Of a DNA stretch of 64,000 bases, positions 1 through 10,188 are shown one piece after another. Source of the stretch: an uncultured archaeon (GTDB lineage Archaea; Thermoplasmatota; Thermoplasmata; Thermoplasmatales; Thermoplasmataceae); assembly GCA_000965745.1 (NCBI GenBank), contig CP009479.1, positions 1,824,001 to 1,888,000 on the forward strand, given 5' to 3'. The translations under genes and the position numbers were made by a program. Under the pieces are notes generated by a model that was not told the origin of the DNA, ran no database searches, and saw nothing but the letters and a program-made list of their open reading frames with translations. Within the stretch, counting starts at the first letter, position 1. Each line of letters begins with the position of its first letter.

Positions 1-331
1 CTGCATGGGTGGTGCGCTCTCATTCATGATGTCAACGAACAGGGAGGTTGATGCATCAGTGGTTTATTATGGAGTGGCACCCGAGGACGAGAAATTGAAA
101 GATGTTTCTTCACCGGTTCTGGGACTTTATGGCGGGGAGGACCACCGGATATCTGATGCGGTTCCTGATGTTGCCTCAAAGCTTAAGGATCTTGGAAAAT
201 CATATCAATACAGGATCTATGATGGAGCTCAGCACGCCTTTTTCAACGACACAAGATCTTCTTATGGATACGGGGCATCGAAGGATGCCTGGGCTAGAAC
301 ACTTGAGTTCTTCAGGGCAAACCTGAAATAA
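1..331 (+). CDS. Dienelactone hydrolase family protein (5'-truncated by window edge)
   Basis: Begins C-M-G-G (end of GFCMGG nucleophile motif); YYG, GLYGGED and AQHAFFN motifs. Confidence 0.85.
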   Translation, partial: CMGGALSFMMSTNREVDASVVYYGVAPEDEKLKDVSSPVLGLYGGEDHRISDAVPDVASKLKDLGKSYQYRIYDGAQHAFFNDTRSSYGYGASKDAWARTLEFFRANLK

Positions 332-336
332 ATTCC

Positions 337-891
337 TTAATTTTTCCTTCCAGGCCCTGTGCTGTATCCGAGAAGGAGGGCGTCTGACAGTATGAATGCC
401 GGAACCATTATGAAATACTGCAGCACATTCCAGTAAATTCCATAATCTGAGATCGAGGTGATGCCGCTGTAGTAGTTGTTGAAATTCAGAAAGGCCACCA
501 GGTCTGCCAGCAGGTAAACCACCACTGGAATAGCGAAATACCTCCTGCTGTAAATGTCCAGGTCCCTTATGCCAGACAGCTTCTTGAATCCGTATATCCC
601 GACCAGGTTTGCAGAGAATCCCAAAAGGTCATCAAAAACACCTGCAACGTACCATTCAAACCCTGTTGTGGTATAATTATGGAAGAGAAATGGCAGGACA
701 ACGATCCGGTGATATGAGAAATCCTTTACCCAGCCACCCTGTGCATTGAGCCATGCCCCGAGTATTCCCAGCATAATGAAAAGAAAAAGGAACCGCCTTC
801 TCCTGGAGAGGATAAAGTCCTCCAACGCAGACTTCCTCTTCACAGCACTCTCGTCAATCATAACGCTCCCGAAAATTCCAATCCGGGTCAA
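337..891 (-). CDS. Hypothetical membrane protein (~4 TM)
   Basis: 184-aa ORF with several hydrophobic segments; start uncertain. Confidence 0.6.
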   Translation of the reverse strand: MTRIGIFGSVMIDESAVKRKSALEDFILSRRRRFLFLFIMLGILGAWLNAQGGWVKDFSYHRIVVLPFLFHNYTTTGFEWYVAGVFDDLLGFSANLVGIYGFKKLSGIRDLDIYSRRYFAIPVVVYLLADLVAFLNFNNYYSGITSISDYGIYWNVLQYFIMVPAFILSDALLLGYSTGPGRKN

Positions 892-940
892 GAACTTTTC
901 GATTTTCGAATAATTCAGTCCCCTGCCTGCGCTCTCATGG

Positions 941-1474
941 TCATGATTCCCTGTTTATGCTCCAGATTTTTTCCTCTATCCCTTTTCTCTTGTTTGCTGC
1001 CAATGCATGCATGAAGAGCAGGGATGAGAGCCTATTGGCATAACTTAGTACATGGGGGCTAATTTTCTTTGATTGCGAGGCAACAACTATTGAACGCTCC
1101 AGCCGGCGTGCAACAGTTCTTGCAACGTGAAGGACTGCAGATTCCATAGATCCGCCGGGAACGACGAATAATTGAATCTTTCCAATTTCTTCCCTGTACC
1201 TGTAAACTCTTTCTTCAAGCCACTTGGTTCTTTCCTCCTGGATCGTCCTCTTCTTTCCGTCCGCCAGGATGTCTTCCCCAAGCGTGAAAATATCCTCCTG
1301 AATTGCAGCAAGGTCCTGCCTGATATCGTCCCACTCTACCATTGATCGGGCAAAACCAATGAAAGAGTTCAGCTCGTCACTGGTCCCTTCAACTTCGACA
1401 AGAGGGTTTCCTTTGGATGTCCTGTTCCCTGTGGAGGTGTCAGTTTCACCGGAATCGCCTTTTCGCGTGAACAT
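941..1474 (-). CDS. pduO: ATP:cob(I)alamin adenosyltransferase, PduO type
   Basis: MFTRKGDSGET N-terminal motif, DELNSFIG, ARTVARRLER, NRLSSLLF; start moved to ATG 1474. Confidence 0.92.
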   Translation of the reverse strand: MFTRKGDSGETDTSTGNRTSKGNPLVEVEGTSDELNSFIGFARSMVEWDDIRQDLAAIQEDIFTLGEDILADGKKRTIQEERTKWLEERVYRYREEIGKIQLFVVPGGSMESAVLHVARTVARRLERSIVVASQSKKISPHVLSYANRLSSLLFMHALAANKRKGIEEKIWSINRES

Positions 1475-1526
1475 GTCTCTTTGTAATAACTTTGTATAAT
1501 TTAAAATCGAGTGTGCTTTTGAGCAA

Positions 1527-1880
1527 TCACTTCGTACGGCTGTTATCTCCGTTATTCCGCAGGACTTTGAAGAGTACGTAGAGCATGAACCCGCCAAACA
1601 TTACAACGTGTCCCCCGACAAAAAGCACCATTGTGACAAGGAAAGAAAAACCATAGGCCAGAAGGGCGAGATACAGGCCCACGTAATAAATCCCGAGGAT
1701 TACAGCAGCGATCCCAAGAATCGTGTAGAACCTTCTTGCCCTCTTCCTTGTTTCAGGGTCACCTTCTTCCTTCCCTGCTTCTATGAATCCGAGCCCGAAA
1801 CATTCAGTGCATATGTCTATGTGGTTCTGCTCATCCCGGACCTTACCGGTGCCACCACACTTATCGCAAGCAAGCTTCAA
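1527..1880 (-). CDS. Small protein with DnaJ-like CxxCxGxG zinc finger and 2 TM helices
   Basis: CDKCGGTG and CTECFGLG, then two hydrophobic helices; TTG start. Confidence 0.7.
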   Translation of the reverse strand: MKLACDKCGGTGKVRDEQNHIDICTECFGLGFIEAGKEEGDPETRKRARRFYTILGIAAVILGIYYVGLYLALLAYGFSFLVTMVLFVGGHVVMFGGFMLYVLFKVLRNNGDNSRTK

Positions 1881-2056
1881 TTTTGTCCCCTTCCGCTATA
1901 CTGCCGTAGTCCATACACTTCCAGGAATAACCCTGGCATTGCCACGACCATGGCGCATTGGAATCATAATATCATAATCGGTTCTGGACTTTGAATTTAA
2001 TGTAACAGTTGATGCAAATTGGCCCGCAACCAGAAGGTAGGTGCATGTTCAGCCCC

Positions 2057-3004
2057 TCATACAGTGTACTTGGGCCGATTGCCTTTTAGAGCCTCGATGA
2101 GGTTGGTTACAGCGAGTTCAGCCATCTTATCCCGTGTCTCAATGGTGGCACTGCCAAGATGAGGTGACAACACGATATTCTCGAGGTTGACGAGAGGGCT
2201 GTCTAAATTGACTGGCTCTTCAGTGTATACATCAAGGGCCGCCCCAGCAATGTTGCCTCCTTTGAGAGCTTCATAAAGGGCAATTTCATCCACAACCGGC
2301 CCTCTAGATATGTTGACAAGGATCGCGTCGTTTTTCATTGCATCAAGGGCAGCCTTGTCTATGGAGTTCCTTGTTTCTTCATTAAGTGATACAGTCACGA
2401 CCAGGAAGTCGCTCTCTGAAAGAAGCTTCTTGAAATCCACATATTCGGCGAAGCCGACGCGCTTGTCAGTCCTGCTGTAATATATTACGTTCATGCTGAA
2501 AGCCCTGGCCCTTTCAGCAACAGCTTTTCCAATTCGCCCAAGGCCATAAATCCCAAGTGTCTTTCCTGAGACTTCCAGGCCAAGCATGAAGTCCGGTTTC
2601 CATTTCTCCTTCCAGCCCTTGTTCCTGACCAACCTGTCCCCTTCAACAATCCTTCTAGCTGCAGACAGGAGCAATGCCATTCCCATGTCGGCAGTCGAGT
2701 CGGTAAGGACGTCAGGGGTGTTGGATACAACAATACCATTTTTCCTGGCGTATTCTGCATCAATGTGATCATACCCCACGCTCATTGTGCTGATCGCTTT
2801 GAGTCCCTTTCCAGCTTCAATCAATTCCCTGTCCACTGAATCGGTAAGCATTACGATTGCGCCATCTTTTCCCTTGACGTTTGAAATCAGCCATTCCCTG
2901 TCAGCGGGTGCATCTTTTTGCCATAGCGTAACATCAGCAAACTCTTTGAGTCTTTCAATCCACTTGCCGGAAAAATTCCTGGTGACAATGACCTTAGGCT
3001 TCAT
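2057..3004 (-). CDS. gyaR: Glyoxylate reductase / D-2-hydroxyacid dehydrogenase
   Basis: VGYDHID, NTPDVLT, GLGRIG, NISRG, PHLGSAT. Confidence 0.85.
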   Translation of the reverse strand: MKPKVIVTRNFSGKWIERLKEFADVTLWQKDAPADREWLISNVKGKDGAIVMLTDSVDRELIEAGKGLKAISTMSVGYDHIDAEYARKNGIVVSNTPDVLTDSTADMGMALLLSAARRIVEGDRLVRNKGWKEKWKPDFMLGLEVSGKTLGIYGLGRIGKAVAERARAFSMNVIYYSRTDKRVGFAEYVDFKKLLSESDFLVVTVSLNEETRNSIDKAALDAMKNDAILVNISRGPVVDEIALYEALKGGNIAGAALDVYTEEPVNLDSPLVNLENIVLSPHLGSATIETRDKMAELAVTNLIEALKGNRPKYTV

Positions 3005-3112
3005 AACTCTCCATGATCAGGATTTAGATTAATTAATACATCGTGGCTCTTTTCTATAATACCTATTTTACTGCAGAAGCAATCAATTTAATATGAAAAG
3101 AAATGTCGGTTT

Positions 3113-3988
3113 ATGAGATTCGCATTTGTACGCGTTAAAAATCACACTGAGCTGGCTGTTGCGACGGGAGAAGGCCTTGTTCCCCTAAACACTATCACAA
3201 TCAAGGGCCTTGAGAATGTCAGGCTAACAATAAGCTCGTTGATGAAGAACCCGTATTATATCGATCTCATAGATGATGCTCTGTGTGAAGTCAATGGTGA
3301 GCTGGAATACCTCAGGGAGGGTGAGTACAAGTTTGATTCAGCCGTTGGCAAGCCTGAGAAGATTATATGTCTGGGCCACAACTACAAGGAGCATGTGGGC
3401 GAGCTGAAGAAGAAACTGCCCGAAAACCCCATTCTCTTTAGCAAGTTCAACAACAGCCTTGCCGGGCACGAGGAGGAAATACCCCTGCCGGAGAACAGCT
3501 CCCAGATAGATTATGAAGGAGAGCTTGGAATTGTCATCGGGAAGGCTGCATATAATGTCTCTGAAGATAAGGCCCTGGATCATGTTTTCGGATATTTCAT
3601 TGCAAACGATGTTTCAGCAAGGGACCTCCAGTTCAGAACTGAGCAATGGCTCCTGGGAAAGACCTGCGAGAAATTCTTTCCAAACGGCCCTTTCCTTGTC
3701 ACGTCTGATGAGGTTCGCGATCCTCAAAACCTTTCCATCAAGACCCGTGTAAATGGTGAAGTGAGGCAAAATTCCAACACCTCCCGGATGATATTTTCCT
3801 GCAGCAGGATAATAAGCTACATTTCGAAGTACATTCCTCTCAAGCCGGGGGATGTCATATCGACTGGAACCCCTGAAGGAGTCATAGTTGGCATGCCTGC
3901 AGAAAAGAGAAAGTGGCTAAAGAACGGAGATATTGTGGAAGTTGAGATCGAGAAACTGGGAACACTGAGAAACAGGTTTGTGTCCTGA
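3113..3988 (+). CDS. Fumarylacetoacetate hydrolase family protein
   Basis: GHNYKEH, DYEGEL, NDVSARD, STGTPEG. Confidence 0.9.
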   Translation: MRFAFVRVKNHTELAVATGEGLVPLNTITIKGLENVRLTISSLMKNPYYIDLIDDALCEVNGELEYLREGEYKFDSAVGKPEKIICLGHNYKEHVGELKKKLPENPILFSKFNNSLAGHEEEIPLPENSSQIDYEGELGIVIGKAAYNVSEDKALDHVFGYFIANDVSARDLQFRTEQWLLGKTCEKFFPNGPFLVTSDEVRDPQNLSIKTRVNGEVRQNSNTSRMIFSCSRIISYISKYIPLKPGDVISTGTPEGVIVGMPAEKRKWLKNGDIVEVEIEKLGTLRNRFVS

Positions 3989-4068
3989 TTCTCTGACCGG
4001 GGCGGTGCAAAGGCACTTCCTCTGTGCTGCTGCGCGGGAATGGGTTTGTGTCCAGTTATTGTTCCCGG

Positions 4069-4431
4069 TTACAGGCTGCTGAGATATTCCTTCGGAGTCA
4101 TGCGCCCCTCGGTCGGATATTCGGACTCCACCCACTCCTTTATTCCACCTTCATATGCCAGAACTTCGAACCCTCGGCCCATCATCAAAGCAGCGGCCTT
4201 TCTTGAGGCGCCACAGTTGTAGCTTGCACAGTATATTACAAGTTTCTTGTTCTTATCTATACTGTCGAATTCACCATTCTCAAGTTTATCATAAGGTGCG
4301 GAGAGGGAGTTTTTAATGTGAATCATTTCGTAAGAATGGCTTGCAAGAACGTTCAAGAGCACAACATCTTCTGAATCAAGCAGTTTCAGTAGTTCTTCTT
4401 TCTGTATCGTGGGAATGTTCTCCAGATCCAT
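4069..4431 (-). CDS. Rhodanese-like domain protein
   Basis: HIKNS, VIYCASYNC, YEGGIKEW. Confidence 0.85.
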   Translation of the reverse strand: MDLENIPTIQKEELLKLLDSEDVVLLNVLASHSYEMIHIKNSLSAPYDKLENGEFDSIDKNKKLVIYCASYNCGASRKAAALMMGRGFEVLAYEGGIKEWVESEYPTEGRMTPKEYLSSL

Positions 4432-4564
4432 GCATGGTTATTGCCATAGATTGAAATATTCTTTTCCATACTTTTCCTCTTCGGATACCTGGGGCTTCCC
4501 GGGCATTTTCCAATTAATGATCCACGCTGCAACAGAAATTTAAATGTTGTATCATTTCAGTCAT

Positions 4565-4870
4565 ATGGCTGAGTTCAATTGCTATGTGTGTTCCAAGAAA
4601 GTACTGACTGGAGAGAAGTTCACATTTACCAAGGATGGAGCTGTTCATTTTGACTGCTTTGTCTCTAAGAAGAGAAGTGAGATAGAAGAGTCCAAAGTGG
4701 AACAGCTTAGAGTTCTTTCACTCGTCCTCGATTCAGAGCTTCAGCACCTCCTAAATGTTCTCGGTGTTCAGCAGAATGGCCCGGAAATCCAGAAAGAGAA
4801 CATCAGGCTGAAGTACAAAGATGTGGAAAAAGCTGCTGGAGAAACTACTAAACTGATAAGCTCTCTCTGA
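4565..4870 (+). CDS. DUF2175-like small zinc-binding protein
   Basis: CYVC...GEKFTF...VHFDC; TTTAAAT about 25 nt upstream of ATG 4565. Confidence 0.75.
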   Translation: MAEFNCYVCSKKVLTGEKFTFTKDGAVHFDCFVSKKRSEIEESKVEQLRVLSLVLDSELQHLLNVLGVQQNGPEIQKENIRLKYKDVEKAAGETTKLISSL

Positions 4871-4871
4871 T

Positions 4872-5522
4872 TTACAGAGGGTTGCCGCAGTTGGGGCAAA
4901 ATTTCATGCCGGCATCGACCGATGTACCACATTTTTTGCATTTGCTTGAAGCTTTCGCCGGATATTCCTTTTCGGATACCTGAAGGTCGGTTTCACCTGA
5001 TTCCTCGTATTCGGCATCAACATATTCATCATCGGTCGGCTGCATCTGCTTTTTTCGGTCGCCCATGTACACGTTGCCGATGTTAGCCTTGGGGGACTTA
5101 GCCTTGGCCAACTCCACCTCTTTCTTGTACGCTTCTTCTTTTTCCCTTCTTTCCTGTTCTTCCTTGAATCTCTTGGAATCGCTTATCCATTCCCTTATGG
5201 TCCTATCCCATTTTACGGGGTCGTCAACGATGAAATTTGCGTGTTCCTCACCCTTGTCCGTCTTATAATCCAGGGTGAGTGTCTTCTTAGTCATAAGCTT
5301 GAATCTTGGAACGGCAGTTGAAACGTTCATTATGGCATCGAGGCGTATGTCGATCATGGTTACTGGCGCAGATGCCCTGAGAAAGCCCCTCTTGCCCTTG
5401 AGTTCGTATATGAATCGCCTGTCGGTCAGGTACAGCATACCCTCGGATATTTGCACACCTTCTTTTATCTGCTTTGTCTCTTCTTTCAGGATTTCGTGTT
5501 CATTAGGTTCGTAAACAGGCAT
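4872..5522 (-). CDS. PH/GRAM-like domain protein with C-terminal zinc ribbon
   Basis: GMLYLTDRRFIY signature; CKKCG...FCPNCG at C-terminus. Confidence 0.75.
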   Translation of the reverse strand: MPVYEPNEHEILKEETKQIKEGVQISEGMLYLTDRRFIYELKGKRGFLRASAPVTMIDIRLDAIMNVSTAVPRFKLMTKKTLTLDYKTDKGEEHANFIVDDPVKWDRTIREWISDSKRFKEEQERREKEEAYKKEVELAKAKSPKANIGNVYMGDRKKQMQPTDDEYVDAEYEESGETDLQVSEKEYPAKASSKCKKCGTSVDAGMKFCPNCGNPL

Positions 5523-5703
5523 CTGAATGGTAATTTATATGCGCTATAAAACTTTTCACTGGAGAGACCATTTTTCATTTGCTCTTCCGATTAAGATGTT
5601 ATGCTTTCAATCGGAGAGGATAATGGCTGTTGCAACCCGAAATTTCATTCGATTCGCATATCAGCACAATAAAAATGAAATATAACCAGTTTCTTATCGC
5701 ATC

Positions 5704-7803
5704 ATGCCTAAGGCGAGAATTCGGCGTATGGTTTACATGTCAGCTGCGATTCTGCTTGCTCTCCTTATATTGACATCACCGGCATTAGTTTATTTTCAAA
5801 ACGGTTCAGGATTAAATATCCATTCTGCGAAGAAAAACTCCCAGCAAAGCAGTGCTGACTCGATCCCGGCACATTCAGTAAATTCAGCCACTGGCCCGGA
5901 AAGTGGCTACCATGTTTCACTGTCAAAATTCTATAACAGCGGGCCTGCGCCTATGGGCATTGCCGACTACGGGTACAGCTCACAGTCAGGCGCATACAGA
6001 TACAACTCAACTTCATTCCTGGGGACTTTGAAACTGAACAGCATGTATGTGTACAATTCCACATCCGGCAGTACGGGTTCTGCCTTTCAGCTGAACCTGA
6101 TGCTGAACTTTTCGGCCGGTGGCAACTCTTACACATACTGGATCCAGGATGTAGCAGCCATTAATTCCGGTTCAAATGGAAAATCTCAGTACATTTCATT
6201 CATCGACAATGTGTGGAATTTTTCTTCAAGCCACTCCACAAGCATATACCCTTCCAGCCTGCGTGGGAATGGTAGCGTCTATCAGAACACCCTGTACTAT
6301 GCCTATGCGTCAAATGGGCTCGCCGGAAGCAACATAACCGTATCAGCCCCCGTGAAGATTGAGCTCAAAGCTGATTCGAACTTAATTGCAGGAGTGCCTG
6401 AAGTCTCTCTGATGTACAACGATGGATACGGGTGGGTAACTTATGATAACATCTACTTCACTTTTGCATCAGGTGCTTCTTCAGATTCGGGTTTCGTGGT
6501 TTCTGGCTATTCGTATAACAAACTGGGATTATATTATGACGCTGAACTGATACTTGGTGGACCCGGGAACGGGAGCAGCACCAAACTTCAATCCGGTTCA
6601 GTGGACTTCAGCCTGCAATACTGGAATGGGCACAATTACCAGTTCGTGCCAAATGCCTGGAATTATGGGTCTGATACTGCCGAAACAATTTACGGATCGA
6701 ATCTCAGTTTCCTGCCCTCGACCAGGAATGCGTCTCTGTACTCTTCAATGTCGACAGGGGTGGAAACCCTTGGGCAGCTGTATTCATCGGGTTCGGTAGG
6801 TGATGTCAATATTTCACTTCCGTACAGTTCGGGAACTGCGTATGTGAACAACGCAGAGTATAACTACACCAATTACGGGCTTAATCTGACGTTGATGCCC
6901 GGTGTTTACAATGTTACTATTTCCCCGGCATCTAAAAATGAAACTCTCAAAGGTTCTTTCTCAATTAGGCCAGGTCAGTATCTGAGTCTTAACCAGTCGT
7001 ACTTTGGGAAGAAATATACCGTGAAGCTCAATGAGACCGGACTTGAGGCAGGGACCCCATGGACCGTCGTGTTTGCCAATGGAACCCTTGTGAGCTCTGA
7101 CTTGCCTACTATTGCCATTTATTTGCAAAACGGGACTTACACACTGATACCAAATTCGACCGCCGGGTACAGATACACAGGACCGCCCCTTATAGTAACC
7201 GTGGATGGATCAAACCAGAGCATGTACGTTAACTTCAGCAGGCTTTACAAGATAACCTTCAATCAAACTGGCCTGCATGGAGTGGAATGGTTTGTAAATC
7301 TGAGCGGGAATGTGAGTTACGAACTTGGGGATTCGATTTCATTCAATCTTACTAATGGAACTTACAATTACTCGGTCATTCACATAAAAGGTTACACAAC
7401 ATCACCGGATAAGGGCATTTTAACAGTCAATGGTTCCGCAGCCAACCTTACCATAAGATTCATCCAGTCAGCCTATACTGTTACTGTCAAGGAGCACGGA
7501 CTTCCGGACGGATACAACTGGTCATTGTTTATCGATGGAAGCTGGCATTATTCCAATGACTCGATCCTGATATTAAACCTGTCAAACGGCACATACGCCT
7601 TTGCGGCATACGGTTTGAACGGTTCTTACACCATAAAGGGAAGTAATGCCACAATTTCTGTAGCGGGCAGTAATGAGACTGTCGGGATAACATTCATCAG
7701 CGCATACAACAGCGGCATAAATCTGGATTACAAACTAATCTATGTTGTATTTCTGGCAGCAGTTTCAATAAGCGGAACAATAGCGATCAGGAGGAGACAA
7801 TAA
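5704..7803 (+). CDS. Thermopsin-family (A5) acid protease, secreted and C-terminally anchored
   Basis: Signal peptide, PAPMGIADYG, QLN, YWIQDV, DAELILGGPGNG, DTAET; C-terminal FxETGL-type repeats and TM. Confidence 0.9.
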   Translation: MPKARIRRMVYMSAAILLALLILTSPALVYFQNGSGLNIHSAKKNSQQSSADSIPAHSVNSATGPESGYHVSLSKFYNSGPAPMGIADYGYSSQSGAYRYNSTSFLGTLKLNSMYVYNSTSGSTGSAFQLNLMLNFSAGGNSYTYWIQDVAAINSGSNGKSQYISFIDNVWNFSSSHSTSIYPSSLRGNGSVYQNTLYYAYASNGLAGSNITVSAPVKIELKADSNLIAGVPEVSLMYNDGYGWVTYDNIYFTFASGASSDSGFVVSGYSYNKLGLYYDAELILGGPGNGSSTKLQSGSVDFSLQYWNGHNYQFVPNAWNYGSDTAETIYGSNLSFLPSTRNASLYSSMSTGVETLGQLYSSGSVGDVNISLPYSSGTAYVNNAEYNYTNYGLNLTLMPGVYNVTISPASKNETLKGSFSIRPGQYLSLNQSYFGKKYTVKLNETGLEAGTPWTVVFANGTLVSSDLPTIAIYLQNGTYTLIPNSTAGYRYTGPPLIVTVDGSNQSMYVNFSRLYKITFNQTGLHGVEWFVNLSGNVSYELGDSISFNLTNGTYNYSVIHIKGYTTSPDKGILTVNGSAANLTIRFIQSAYTVTVKEHGLPDGYNWSLFIDGSWHYSNDSILILNLSNGTYAFAAYGLNGSYTIKGSNATISVAGSNETVGITFISAYNSGINLDYKLIYVVFLAAVSISGTIAIRRRQ

Positions 7804-7857
7804 GAATTGCTTGCCGGTAGCAGAGCGGGAAAGCCTCCCGAAAGGGCGGGGAGGATT

Positions 7858-8235
7858 TCACTCTGCACAAGCCGTGATATCAAGTTCAACCAGCACTTCC
7901 GGAAGCGTGAAGGCACAGACAACAGTTGTTCTGGCCGGGGCCCCTTCTCCAAAAGTGGATTGAAAGGCGTTGTTCAATTCGGGAAAATACTCATTGCTGG
8001 AAAGATACGCTGTCAGCTTCAGTGTATGATCCTTAAGTTCTGAGCCCAAATTTCTGAGGATCTTGTCCGCGCGGCCAATGATGGTTTCCCACTGTTCCAT
8101 GAAAGTTTTCTGTTCCCCCTTCGAAACACCCACCAGCCCGGACAAATACGCAATGCCGTTATACACAACAGCCTGGGAATATGGGCCACCTCTGGGCATT
8201 CCTTCAATATTTACTCTCCTCGGATCTCTTGCCAT
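7858..8235 (-). CDS. RidA/YjgF family enamine/imine deaminase
   Basis: GPYSQAV, LSG, PARTTV, VELD. Confidence 0.88.
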   Translation of the reverse strand: MARDPRRVNIEGMPRGGPYSQAVVYNGIAYLSGLVGVSKGEQKTFMEQWETIIGRADKILRNLGSELKDHTLKLTAYLSSNEYFPELNNAFQSTFGEGAPARTTVVCAFTLPEVLVELDITACAE

Positions 8236-8250
8236 ATTGCAGAAGCGTTG

Positions 8251-10077
8251 CTAATATGATGAATCTTTTGGAAGCACTTGATCCTGGATCTTTGGTTTGG
8301 CTGCACCTTTCAAATACCTGTCAAACCATTCCAGCTTGATGAGAAGTGCATCCATTCGGTTCAGGGGGTTCTCCCTGTTGGCCAGTTCATGGCTTTCCCC
8401 CTGCAGTCTTACGAATACTGTGTCAACCCCGTAGAATTTCAACGCCGTGAAAAACTGCTCAGATTGCTCAATTGGGCAGCGATGATCCTCCTCACCGTGT
8501 ATCAGAAGGGTCGGAGTCCGGACGTTCTTCACGTATGATATGGGTGATCGCTCCATGAATTTTGAGATCGAGTCTGCCGACCATGGGTCAGAACTTCCAA
8601 TTTCTTCGGGCCCGTCAAACCAGTACCCTATATCGCTGGTTCCAACAGAACTTAGCAGGTTTGAGACCCCCTTTTCTGAGACTGCTGCATCAAACTCCCA
8701 GGTCTGAGTTACAAGCCAGTTAACCATGTAACCGCCGTATGATATCCCCTTGATACCTGTTTTCCCAGTTAACCCGTATTGTTTCCTGGCGCTGGCAAGA
8801 AAGCGCATGATATCCCTGCTGTCCTCTCCTCCCCAGTCCCCAATGCTACCCTTGACAAAGGCCTCTCCGTACCCTGTGCTACCCCTGGGATTGCAGTACA
8901 GAATGTTATAGCCCCTGCTGGAAAAGTACTGCATCTCAATTGTGTAAACAGGACCGAAAGCACTATGTGGGCCACCGTGAATGAAAAGTATTGACGGGCT
9001 TAGTTCCCCTGAAAATATGACCCAACCTTCAATGCTCCCTGCCCATATGTTATCCGCACTCTTTCCCCTGAATCCACTGTTGGGGTCATAATCCCCGAAA
9101 GGTGATACGATAACTGATGGAATGTCTGCCTGTGAATAGCTGTATGAGACCTTTCCTCCTGCAGCGTCAAAATGCCTGACTGAACGGTTTTCAGGCGTTA
9201 TTCTCCTGATCGCATTCTGGCGCAGCTCGAACACCGAGGTTACCCCGCCCTTCTGGCCCATTACGAAAACGGACCCGTGGTCCCATCTTACCTTTGCTTC
9301 GCTGTCGTCAAACATGTCTGTGCTGATCGAACTTCCAGCGGTACTGGCGATGTTGAACTCAAGCCTAGGCTCAAGAAGATACAGTTTCTTTGGTGCCCAG
9401 TCCTTTGCACCCTGCCTGTGACCGATATATGCAACCTCTCCGCCGTCTGATACATCAAATGAATCTATTGAACCTCTGCCGCGTGTCAGTTTTGCCATGT
9501 TGCCGTTCTCAAAATCCAATTCGTACAGGTCGGTCAAGCCTAGATCATCGTTCAAGTGTGCACATGATACTATTATGCGTGAACCATTGCTCCTCACATC
9601 GGCAACATCATAGGAGCCGGAGATCATTTTCCTCGTCCCCGTTGAGTTGGAAAACAGCAGTGTCCTCCTCTTCCGGAGAAGGCCGGTACTGTCATGCTTA
9701 TACCTGAGTCCGTTTATTACAAAAGGTCTCCTTGACTTGAAATTCTCGCTTACAACAGTCAGAACACCATCTCTGAACGGTATGTAATCAAGGATCTGCT
9801 TATGCCTGAATATGACCTCAGGCTCACTCATCTCTTCGAGTTTCATAACATTGTCAATGTCTGCTTCTCTGGAGAGATAATACAATGCCGACCCCAGGTG
9901 GATAGGTTTGCTCTCAGAACCGCCATGGGTTATGCGACGGACTTCCCTGTCGCTTATTGAATATATCGAAGATGCATAACGGTCCCCATCAACCCAGGTG
10001 AGAGTAAAGAAAATCCGGTCCGTTGCTGAAGAAATACCGGAAACTAGCCTTATGTTGAAAGGGTTCTCAATCTGCAC
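8251..10077 (-). CDS. S9 family (acylaminoacyl-type) peptidase
   Basis: IHGGPH, NPRGSTGYG, GISYGG (Ser), EDHRCP (Asp), ESHEL (His). Confidence 0.9.
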   Translation of the reverse strand: MQIENPFNIRLVSGISSATDRIFFTLTWVDGDRYASSIYSISDREVRRITHGGSESKPIHLGSALYYLSREADIDNVMKLEEMSEPEVIFRHKQILDYIPFRDGVLTVVSENFKSRRPFVINGLRYKHDSTGLLRKRRTLLFSNSTGTRKMISGSYDVADVRSNGSRIIVSCAHLNDDLGLTDLYELDFENGNMAKLTRGRGSIDSFDVSDGGEVAYIGHRQGAKDWAPKKLYLLEPRLEFNIASTAGSSISTDMFDDSEAKVRWDHGSVFVMGQKGGVTSVFELRQNAIRRITPENRSVRHFDAAGGKVSYSYSQADIPSVIVSPFGDYDPNSGFRGKSADNIWAGSIEGWVIFSGELSPSILFIHGGPHSAFGPVYTIEMQYFSSRGYNILYCNPRGSTGYGEAFVKGSIGDWGGEDSRDIMRFLASARKQYGLTGKTGIKGISYGGYMVNWLVTQTWEFDAAVSEKGVSNLLSSVGTSDIGYWFDGPEEIGSSDPWSADSISKFMERSPISYVKNVRTPTLLIHGEEDHRCPIEQSEQFFTALKFYGVDTVFVRLQGESHELANRENPLNRMDALLIKLEWFDRYLKGAAKPKIQDQVLPKDSSY

Positions 10078-10188
10078 TTGACCAGATTTTGGACCGTTAT
10101 ATAAGGACTGGGAACTGGGCTTTCAAGGCATGGTTATGCCATAGTTCCCGGGAGATTCGTCACATTTTCCAGTTGCACCCGGCCATGG

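Noticed and set aside
1881-1968. Short upstream ORF in frame with the Zn-finger gene across a TAG (possible pyrrolysine read-through)
   Set aside because: No pyl genes in the window and the extension has no recognisable features
7834-7854. GC-rich hairpin (CCTCCC-GAAA-GGG...) between convergent genes
   Set aside because: No U-tract; too short to call a terminator or ncRNA
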